NCBI GenBank assembly: GCA_027923505.1
Contig: BROI01000009.1
Location: 186,001-250,000, forward strand
DNA length: 64,000 bases
Direction: 5' to 3'
Source of the DNA: Mayamaea pseudoterrestris
Lineage: Eukaryota
Part shown: one piece after another, positions 11,662 to 21,800 of the stretch
Numbering within the stretch: the first letter of the stretch is position 1
How the letters are laid out: the number at the start of each line of letters is the position of its first letter
Notes under the pieces: model-generated
What the model was told of the DNA's origin: nothing
The model's input: only the letters and a program-made list of their open reading frames with translations
The model's database searches: none
Program-made: the position numbers and the translations under genes

Positions 11662-12582
11662 CTAGTTGGACATGTTATGCTCTACTGAGTCTACATCATC
11701 AAGGTCTTCAAGTGCGTCGATGATTTGCATGTTCTTTTCAAAGTCTTCATCGGAAACATCCACAGGTGCCTTACTTGTGTGACCGAGCCGCATGGAAACA
11801 CCTTCTTCGAAGCCCAAACTCTTGACGGCATCCATCATTAGCGACAACTCCTTTGGGTCGGTCGACAAAAGTGTCATATCACCCTCCACAGTCATTTCGT
11901 AGTCATCACAGCCTGCTTCAATGGCAGCTTCTAGCAAAACATCTTCGTCCACCAGTGCGGGTATTTGAATTAACCCTCGCTTGTCGTACATGAAGAGCAC
12001 GGAGCCGCTCTCTGCCATTTTCCCATCACGCTTTTGAACTGTTGATCTAACATCGGAAGAAGCTCGATTGTTATTGTCCGTCAGCACGTTGATGATCATA
12101 CTTGCGCCTCCAAATGCGTATGCTTCAAAAATGTACTCTTTAAAGTCAGCCGTGTTGGCTTCCGTCGCCTTTTTGATGGCGCGAGTAATGTTATCAACCG
12201 GAACACTAAATTAAAAAGAGGTAAGAATCGTCGATGCATCAAAAGTGTCGCAACTCGTAGAGAAACCGCCTTACTTGTTTGCCTTGGCCTGCTTGAGAAC
12301 ATCGTTTAGTTGCCGATTCGCCTGAGGATCACCGCTTCCGCCTTCCTTAACCGCCATGATGATTCTTTTTCCGAACAAAGCATTAGTCTTGGCCTTTTTC
12401 CCATCCGTCTTGGCTTTTGTCGACGCGCGAACAGCAGCAGCTCGGCCCATGAAAAGTGGAAGGCATGATCGCAATGGAAGCAGTTTCGTTGTAGGTCTGG
12501 TTTCGAAAGCAAGAGTTTGTTGCACTGTGAACGATGATATGATTTCTGGGAAAAGCAAGAGAATGATGAGAGACAAGCTCAT
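11662..12582 (-). CDS. YebC/PmpR/TACO1 family protein, probably plastid-targeted; exons 12582-12275 and 12205-11662
   Basis: GDPQANRQL..LKQAKAN|NVPVDNITRAIKKA, FEAYAFGG, LTDNNNR and LEDLDDVDSVEHN; 69-nt GTAAG...TTTAG intron; signal peptide plus ISS-F. Confidence 0.9.
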
Positions 12583-12691
12583 CGTGAAGGGCCACCAGTA
12601 GGTATGGTTGTTGTTCTACGAAAAAATGTACAATAAGATACTTGTAGCGCGGTGGGTTGCGCGGGATCACAACGTTGCAGCGTCGAAGATT

Positions 12692-12715
12692 GTGTGACCG
12701 TGTGACGTGTGACGC
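12692..12715. promoter_or_regulatory. Triplicated GTGTGAC containing TGACGT/TGACGC (bZIP/CCRE-like sites) in a divergent promoter
   Basis: gtgtgaccgtgtgacgtgtgacgc between the YebC and Mss51-like genes. Confidence 0.35.
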
Positions 12716-12961
12716 ACGATTAGAAACCGATCAGACACGATCCAAAGCAAGTCATTTCTTTCTGAGCCGGCTCATTCCTGTTAAGCCTTAATTGCAATGG
12801 CCGTCATGTTTGCCGACCGAGACACTTGGCGCGCCCCGCCACGCCCTGGTCGTCCTCCGCTCGTTGCTTTGGGTTGCTGCAGTGCATATATACGATATAC
12901 AAAACTTGACTTGTGAAAGACCTTCACCGCAGCTCAAATAATTACAAAGGAAATTCAGCAA

Positions 12962-14275
12962 ATGGAGCGTGACGCCGAGAAATCTGATCACTTTCCAAAC
13001 ATGCTTGATCCATGGGAGAGCGGCAATGGAGGAGGGTACACGCCACTCTCAGAATTGGCTGCTGATGCGACCGTCATGATGTCCGCTGGTCCGGAAATGG
13101 AGGGAGCTTTTTATGCCGATTTGTCAGCTTTCGCTTATGTCGAAGTGAACGGGGAAAGAGACAATGAGATAAAGGAAACCAAAGAGGACGATTTGGATTT
13201 CAGGGGAATGGCAGACCGAGCATTGCGAGCACTAGATGATGAGTATCGTTTGACGGTTCGAGGAGCGGCTGATCGATTGAATGAATTGCAAAGTGCTGAA
13301 CCGTTGCCTCCAATTCGGCTTCTGAGTGACGACTTTGGATCTTCATTCTTTCGTGCCAACTTCTATGATATACCTGTGGAAGGAGCAGGAGCAGCCACGG
13401 CAACGACAGCTGGCAGTCTGCCAGAGATTGACGCGGAAGCTGTCCGTCGCGCCATTGGATCCATTTCCATCAAGGACACGAAATTGAGCCAGAATTATGC
13501 CAAGTGGGAGTCCCAGCAAAGGGTTAAGTTAGCTATCGCTCCACAGTCGCATCCCCTGATTAGTAGGCAGCAACTGTTCACATTTCGACGCCAATCTACT
13601 AATGCAATTAATGCCACATCCGTTTTGTCACGTGCGGCGACAATTGCAGAAGCTCTAATAAAGCTCGACCTGCTTCGCGGACAAGACTATTTGCAGATTG
13701 ACTTGTTGGGGTGCGATTACGCAGAATGCAGCACACAGGAGCGCGTACGACAGCTGTTTGCTCCACTTATAAGATGGCTATCAGATTTTGGTATGAAATG
13801 CCCCAAAGTGTTGCAGCTGCATTTAATCGGGCCAAATGTTCCAATGACAGCACCCCGGTATATGGAACTTCCGTCATCGGGACGACTGGAGAAAGTGCAA
13901 CTGTATTGCCAGCACTCAGTCTACGAAGAACGCGTTTTGTCGGACAAGTCCGCGCAGTTGTTATTTGCCTTTCATGCTGGTATTTGGGGCTACAACGAAT
14001 GGCGTCCAACGCTTCGATACTTGGCCCGTTTGCGACAAAAGGTTTACTTTGTTGTCACTGCTTATACTCTTGAAGAGGCAGAGGATGATTATGAAGTTAT
14101 TCAGGATGAAGTTTCACTAGTGTGGCAACTTCCCAAGGAAGACTTGGTCGGCTCCGCTTGCATATGGACTCCTGTTGCTAATGCGTTTGCTTCCAAGCAA
14201 GATCGCGCGACCACCACAGCTCCACCAGGTCGGCAATACCGTGACAATGCGGCATGGCAGGCGTGGTGCCTTTAG
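12962..14275 (+). CDS. Protein with Mss51-like C-terminal domain
   Basis: LHLIGP...FHAGIWGYNEWRPTL...VVTAYTLEEAEDD...NAFAS pattern typical of the Mss51 C-terminal family. Confidence 0.65.
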   Translation: MERDAEKSDHFPNMLDPWESGNGGGYTPLSELAADATVMMSAGPEMEGAFYADLSAFAYVEVNGERDNEIKETKEDDLDFRGMADRALRALDDEYRLTVRGAADRLNELQSAEPLPPIRLLSDDFGSSFFRANFYDIPVEGAGAATATTAGSLPEIDAEAVRRAIGSISIKDTKLSQNYAKWESQQRVKLAIAPQSHPLISRQQLFTFRRQSTNAINATSVLSRAATIAEALIKLDLLRGQDYLQIDLLGCDYAECSTQERVRQLFAPLIRWLSDFGMKCPKVLQLHLIGPNVPMTAPRYMELPSSGRLEKVQLYCQHSVYEERVLSDKSAQLLFAFHAGIWGYNEWRPTLRYLARLRQKVYFVVTAYTLEEAEDDYEVIQDEVSLVWQLPKEDLVGSACIWTPVANAFASKQDRATTTAPPGRQYRDNAAWQAWCL

Positions 14276-14347
14276 TATTAATTGTTACTAATACATACGA
14301 TATGCAGTTGCAGTAAGCGTTAAAGTAAATGTTACTGGAAAATTACT

Positions 14348-15526
14348 CTACGTCACAGCCTTCAATATTTGCGCTGAACGAGCCAACGCAGGTCGAGCGT
14401 ACCGTAGTGCATGAGCCGAATAGATTGCGCTGGTAAAGACAACAACACTTCCCAATTGATGCGCTGCCGCCAGTGGTATGGGAACATAGGTCAAAAGCGT
14501 CGTGACGCCGAGTGCAAACTGCCCAGTCGCCGCCACGGCAATACCGTACATGCCTTGTCGAACTTGTGGCGTCAGAATTGCAGCCCTGGTGCGGTTTAAC
14601 CCGATGGCGGCTATACTCAGTGCAGTTGCTGCCGTTACCGTTCCGAGGACTCTGTGGTTAAACTGAACGGTTGCTGAGTTCTCTGTTAAATTTCTACGCC
14701 AAGGCTTAAGCTCGTTCATGTCTGGAGGTATCCAGTCGTCTCCCATCTTAGGCCAAGTGTTAAAAGCTCGCCCAGCATCGTTTCCTGCAACCAAAGCTCC
14801 ACTGGCAACAGTCAATGCTGTCAAGCCCGTGAGACCCATAGCTCCTACTCTAAGACGTGATGCCTGTTGTAACGCTTTTTTGGATAGTTTAGCGGCTTGT
14901 TCCGGCAACGTCTTGGCGTGAGGAATGCAAAATACTTCCAAACCAGTCCACAGCAGCGCGCCATACGTGACGAGCGCCATGGTCAAGTGACTGGCGAGTC
15001 GAACCGGCTGTACACGAATCTCGAGGCGATCACCCCGTCGATCGTCGCCCAAACCGCTTTTGACCATCCACCAACCAACGAGCCCTTGCGTTCCTCCCAT
15101 GGCAAAGAGGCCAACCATGTTCTTTTGAAAGCCAACTGGAATCTTTCCTCGCGCCGTAAAGTACATCCACGGCAATGCAAAGACTAAACCAGTGACCCTA
15201 CCAAGCATCCGATGAGCATATTCCCAAAAGTATATAAATTTGAAGTCGTCCAGAGTCATACTCTTCCGCTGTTCCCACTCTGGAAATTGCTTGTAGCGAT
15301 CGAATTCAATCTGCCACTCGGCATCTGTAATTGGAGGAAGGCTGCCAAGTGGCGTCCAGTCTGTCATACTGAGGCCAGACTTTGTGAGTCGTGTCACTCC
15401 TCCTACATGAATCATGCCAATTACCATGCCGGCTGTTCCAAACAACCACTTGCCGACAGGTGCATAGGGATTCGACTTGGATGTGAGCAGAGGCAAACCT
15501 TTGGTAATCAATGGTGATGCTGACAT
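14348..15526 (-). CDS. COX15: Heme A synthase COX15; 5' end may extend through an unresolved upstream exon
   Basis: VGGVTRLTKSGLSMTDW, FWEYAHRMLGR, QGLVGWWMVKSGL, VAGNDAGRAFNTWP and QFNHR motifs. Confidence 0.95.
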   Translation of the reverse strand: MSASPLITKGLPLLTSKSNPYAPVGKWLFGTAGMVIGMIHVGGVTRLTKSGLSMTDWTPLGSLPPITDAEWQIEFDRYKQFPEWEQRKSMTLDDFKFIYFWEYAHRMLGRVTGLVFALPWMYFTARGKIPVGFQKNMVGLFAMGGTQGLVGWWMVKSGLGDDRRGDRLEIRVQPVRLASHLTMALVTYGALLWTGLEVFCIPHAKTLPEQAAKLSKKALQQASRLRVGAMGLTGLTALTVASGALVAGNDAGRAFNTWPKMGDDWIPPDMNELKPWRRNLTENSATVQFNHRVLGTVTAATALSIAAIGLNRTRAAILTPQVRQGMYGIAVAATGQFALGVTTLLTYVPIPLAAAHQLGSVVVFTSAIYSAHALRYARPALARSAQILKAVT

Positions 15527-15827
15527 ATTCGAAACTCTCGTGCACAATTTGTACAAGAAGCGATGCTATTCAAAGCTTTTCAAGAATTACAGCAGGTGTA
15601 AGCGTTGGTACCACGACTTATGATTACGATGCTCCTCATGGCGAATTGGCGGAAAATGTGAATCATCCAAGGGCAGCAAGTCCCAAATGACGCAGAAAGA
15701 TCGAAGTGAGTACCGGAACGACGTAGACGAGCAAAGGAGCATCACCATGAAGATTGCGGGTTCATGACCAGCTACCGCAGCGGTACAAGTACGATATCTC
15801 ATTGTCAACTTCCCACTCACAACCATC

Positions 15828-18800
15828 ATGGAAGCTTCTTCATCGCCACCTGCGCCGCTATCTTCTATAGTAGGAAATGCAGTTATTCTTCTAAGCGACT
15901 GGGATCGCTTTGGACTCGAGGAACGATCGCTCTATCATTTCGATCTGTCCCACTTTGCATCTTTTGCCGACGATTTAGGAGCGTCAGACGACAGTGCAAA
16001 TCGACATGAAGAGAAGGTAAAGGAAAGAATGGATAGTAATACTCGTCCATGCGGCTTTAAATACCTCTTGGAGTGCGTGCCGAAGGATGTCCGTTTGCGA
16101 AGCGAACAAAAGCGAAAATTGAAATCCGATGTCAAGGCTTTGAATTCCAAGAAGGTAAAGCAAACAACAATCTGCTATCAGCCCATGCACTTGCCTTTGA
16201 AGATTAGCCCAACCTCAGCAATTTATTTTACATACGAGACGACCCGCATGGCCTTCGTCTTGGACGCGTCGCCGACGCTGACAAGCACATTTGGATACTC
16301 GCAATTTCAGCATGATCCTGCTTGCTGTCCGCTAGACCGGTTGGCTGGAATGGCTTGCACATTCTTTGAGTCTCTTGTCAAGCCGGTGCGAGCGCCTATT
16401 TCTGCTAAGAAGGGGATATGGCGGCCGTTGCTGGCTGTATCCGTCGTGGCTGTGTTGCCTCGACAAGTGAGCGACGCTGTTCCGAAGACTATATTACTGG
16501 TCCGAGACTTTCGAGTCAGTGATGAAGTAACTGCCAGAGAGCTAGCAGAGAGAATCGACTTTTGGGTTCTCACAATGGTGGAGCAAGAGATTGCGCATAG
16601 CTTGGGTCGTCGTTCCGAACGTTCATCGTTTTGCGACCTTGGCTCTGTGCCGTCATGTACCACTTTATTGAAAGATTTGCTTCATGCGGGAGATGCAGCT
16701 CTCAATTCGCTAAGTTCTTCGGCACGGCCTATGATTGTTGTTGCGACTGATGGAAGGGCAGTGGTTTGTGACTCTTCGATCGAAATTTTGTCGGATGTGA
16801 ATCGGGTGGATGTGCCGCTGGTGGTTCTGGATTTAAGTAGCAAAGAATCACACATTTCGCTGCACAATTTATCGCAACAAGGCTTCCCAGAATCAACGTC
16901 AACTATTAGTCGCGATCCTTTCGTCGCGATCGGTGATGCGTTCCCGTTACATTATTCGGACGACACAGAAGCAATCTATGCAATTTGCAAAGCAACGGGA
17001 GGCTGCTTCTATGATAAGACCTTACTTGATGAAGCAGCGACATCGCTGACAGGAGAAGTGCAGAGTGAGTCCGACAAATTTCACGACGTTTTTTGCTCAT
17101 ACAAGCGTCATTTGTTGCGTATAAATGCTGTTCAATGGTACACTTTGTTCTCGCTGTCACCGCTGACCCCGACGGTTGGCATGCAACTTGCTCGCCTTGC
17201 TCCGCCATTGTATCTTCGGCAGAAAGCGTTAAAATCTAAAGAAACAGACTCAAGTTTAAAAAGGAAGTCAGAGAATATAACAGGTATGGATGCAATCGCG
17301 ATTACTAGGAATAATCTTTCGGTTGGGCTGGTCCACGACAAGCGCAAGCTAATCACGGCGCGGTCAATTCTTGCCACCTATTTCGTGAATCCCGTGAAAA
17401 TAAAAAGTCTGTTGGTAATGCGCATCAAAGAAGGGTACCTAATAAAGCAATACGGCTCGAGTACGTTTGATTCTGACAAAATTTTGATACAATTTACCCT
17501 GCAAGCGGATGTTGGTGCTACAATTCTTTATGAGCTCTCATACCGCGCCCTTCCCGGACACCGAAACAAGGTCGGTTTCGCACACATCAAGATCGAGCTC
17601 TATGGAGAGCAAAGTTTTCTTCAAAAGGTCAAGCAAGATTATCTTGCTCCGGGCGAGCTGCATTCATCGTCACAAGTGACGGCCCAAAAATTATCGCAAT
17701 CGCTCTGTCGACTATTACACAGCGTTCGAAGGGACGACATGCTGATGCCGTACCTATCGCCAGTAAGATGGGGCGACCATCTATCGACTTCCGATACGCC
17801 TTTTATCAGACTTCTTTCCTCGTTGACTCGGATACAGAAACAGCGGCATTTCCGCGTCGATACTTTTGATGTCGTAGTGGCGAAGAATGCAACGATAGTT
17901 TCTGGCTCGCTTACTTTTGGCGAGGATCAGCTTGTTCGCGTGCTTATTCATTGGGCAACTCAGACATTGCCGAATGGGCACAGTGTAGTGAAACATGTCA
18001 TTTCATCTGCAGGCTTGCCAGTGTACTGTCTTGTCGAAATCGAAAAGGGAGCTCAGTGCCTCTTTAGCGTATCGGTGTTGACATCCGGAGGGACAGAGGT
18101 TGGACTACGCCTTTATCTATTAAGTTCGTTGCTACAAGAACTGAGAGCTAAGCAGGAGAGTAGTGTTTTGAAGAAAATGATGTCCACGTCAATAGTAGGG
18201 ATGCGTTTGACAAAGGCGCACTATAGTAAATATCTCGAGCAGCAAATCTCTCGTACGTCATGGAATCTTGATAATGATCCCGAGCTTTTGCCGTTGCTAG
18301 TAAAGCGAAGGACTGGCGTCGATGGCTTTACGTTACTTGAAGAAACGGGCGATGTCTATTGCCTCCTAGCCAAGTTTTTGCCATCTACTGCGCGAAATTC
18401 CTTCTTTGACGAACCGGGAGATCTAGTTCAATACGAAGTCCACAAGTCAAACGATTGCTTTCGAGTGGATATCTATATGGAGAGCGAAAGCAGCAAATTT
18501 CGTCTTCGCCATCCATGGCTTTCCGACGACCTTACGCCTCTGATATTCACTAGAATGGTTGACACGTTACGCACGAAGGACAAAGCTTGCGGGCGTGCAT
18601 TGCAGTGTCGGACGACTTTAAAATCACTGTTGGATGGAGCTGTGATACAAGATCCATGGGTGTATGCAAAGAGGTTGCTAAAACACGCCCAGAGGTTTTC
18701 AACGAAGCTCCGATGTTTTGGCACTCGTCGTTCTGGAAAAGCTGATGATATTTTATATGCGCTTACCAGAATCTCACTATTGAATGGTTGTCTTGGAGCT

Positions 18801-21800
18801 CGAGTAGCGGGTCTGAGCACAGGTGACGGATACAATATCCCTGAATTGCCTTGCCAAATGAACCGACCTGCCAGTTGGTATTTTCTGGAACACGCATTGG
18901 GCACCGTCAGCGTGGCATATTTGACGTCCACCATTAGCAACGACAAATCAGAAGCAGCTCCGACTTTTTCTTACTATGATCTCGTCATTTTTGCGGTTCA
19001 AGTCTCAAACATCTACAGTAGACGCGACGCTATGTCAGGCGAATTGAGTGCTGACGCTCCCGCCATTCCCGATTCTGTTCTAACATTCGCAAGCCATGTT
19101 GAGCGGTCACATAGACTGAATATTTCTGCAGCTGCTTACCTAGCTTTGTTGAATGACGAAGAGACTTTTTTTGAGGAGGATCAAGTCCGACAGATCCTCC
19201 AACCGCTACATTTCTTGAATGTGTGTTCATTAAAGACAACTGCGTGTTCCGAACTTCGTGCACTTCTCGCGATCAAACTGCGCTACGTAGTTGATGGACT
19301 CTACTTCTACAACGAGGAGACTGATTTAAGCCCGGTCGTCCATCAAAAAATCGACGACGAAAGCGACAATTTTACTTTGCACAGCGTTGCCGACGACGAG
19401 ACCGACAGCGACGACGGTGAGCCTCCCCAGGTGCAAAGCGGTAGGCAAGACACATTTGAGGGGACCTTATCGACGATAGCAGCCTACGCTCCGGATCCGC
19501 CACTGTTTGCGCGGATAACTGGGCTAGAGCATGATGACGGAATTTCTCGACAAGTATCTATTTTTCTGTCGGTTTTTGATACGAGTAGGAGTTCTCTTCC
19601 TGATTCCCATTGCAGAGCTGCAAATGAACTTTCTACCCTTCTGAATTCTTTTGTAGCAGAGCGAACACTTGAACGACTACGACATCAGGGCCAGTCTATA
19701 AGTGACGGAGAGCTCCGTACTGTTAAATCGTGCCTTCGTCAGGCTCGAAATGTTGCTTTATCGTGTATGGAGTTGAACGTTTACGTCGGGACTTTAGATG
19801 CCATGGTGGCAGCTTGTGCTCCAGTTGGCTGTGGAAGAGAAGTGGAGGAGGCATTCACCTTAATGCTCTCCCTCCTTTGTCGCAATGATCAACTTGCTTT
19901 TGTTCCTCATGCTGGCGGTGGTTTTGCTATATTGGAAACCGAAAAAACGTCCTCTGCGTTAGCATTTTTTGCATTCGTGGAAGTCAACAAAGCGCATCAG
20001 ATTATTATTCAGGTACACCACCCGTCAGGCAGCAACGCTTCTGCCGAAACACTATCGATGATCCGTGGTTTAATCTTAGCCATATGCTTACGAACAAATC
20101 AGATTCTGCTGCTGAAGCGACTACACGTGACTCGAGTTGCGAGCACACTCTTGATACCTAACCTACCATCAACTGATTTGTCAGCGTCAGCGCTGAACCC
20201 CATCGGAACACTCGCCTTTTCTCCGGGAGCCTTCCGCTGCCCCATGGTTTTCGAGTATAGCTTCACGGTTTTCTATCGCTGTGCTGCGAGTTTGCCGCAG
20301 ATTGCAAGGGCAGTAAAATCGACAGTGCTACATCCGTTTACAATCAACAATAATCGCAGCCACTTTGTCTACAAGGACGAATCTGAGTCGGTATTTTACA
20401 TGGAACTGGCCCCTCGGGAAGATAATCAGATTGTCCTTCTGGTTTATGGTGTCTGTGAGCCGTGCTTGTCTGTAACGTCTCAGCTTACAGCACTCATCGA
20501 CAAAAAGTTGCTACAGATTGCTGTTGATACGCTTTCCTCCTTGCTGACGAAGAACAGTCATTACATTTGGAAGGATAAGGACTTGGAATTTGTTCAAAAA
20601 TTTGAAGAAGTTTGGACGAAGGTGGATCTAGGACGCGAGTTTAACGCCCCACAGGAGCGAGTCTATACATTCGATGGTCAGTTATTTGATAGAGGATTCT
20701 TAATGCTTTTCTTTCGCCAAAATTTATGTGGAAGTTCTTTCTTTCACGTTCTCAATCACGCATCCGCAGCGTTGCGAACGCCTCTTGAGGATGGCACCAC
20801 TGACATTCCGTCGCTATTCTTCTACAACAATGCACCGGCCACTTTGGACCCCAAGCTTCAGCCCAACAGTACTTTGACCGTCGAAGGCGCTGAATATGCG
20901 AGAATGGCCGGGACTGGCGTAGCTATTATTGAAGTGCAATTCTCCACCAAAACAAGCGACAGCGTGCGCGAATCCGTGTCAAATCACGTGAGTGAGCTGC
21001 CATACCCCGTCCTTCTGCCAGCAGTCCACGCCCACGACTCGACGGGCATAATAGGCGACCATGATCTATGGGTGCGTGTAAAAGTTACTTCAACAGCTTT
21101 GCATCGCGATGCGGTTCACCGTTGGGTCAAGCTGACGTTGGATCAAGTGCTTCTATCATCCACAATCGAACGACACATTGAATTAATGCAGTCGAGAATT
21201 GCAGCACCAGGCGTATCGACAGTGGCTGAACTCTCTTCAAATTATGAAGCGCGACGTTGTAACGCAATCGAGTCCGTTTGCCCGGGTCTACCGCTGCTAG
21301 AAGAACTATTAGCTACGGAATCGCCTCATCCAGGGATCTTAAAAAGTATACACCTGGGCTTGATTCGATCATCGGACGTAGCAACCGTGGCGCTTGATTC
21401 CGTCGACCTTATCATCAGTCAACTTGTTCGTGCATGCAGTGGAAATGTAAATTCACATATATGGTCACACCTGTCCGTCGTTCGCATTCTTCGGGGCAAA
21501 AAGTATCAGCCTTGTCGAGTATGTTGGAACGACACGCGTGAAATCATGTTTGAAGTTTCATCGCATCAACTGGAGGGAGGTAAAAGAATGGTCGACAGAA
21601 GCACTGAAAATCCTGAGTACCTATTTGCATACTCAACACCAAATGTTGATGATGATGATGGTTTGTGGGCGTCTTCTTTGAAGCTGTTTAAGGAAGTTGC
21701 TATTAGCGGGAACACACTCCCAGGATATCCACACGAGCGTGACCCAAGAGCTTTTCGTCGTTCCTTCGCGTTCATTCTCTCAGTGACGCGCAATAGACGG

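Noticed and set aside
15587..15829. 80-aa ORF as the first exon of COX15
   Set aside because: No strong donor site in the phase required by the acceptor at ~15566; left unresolved.
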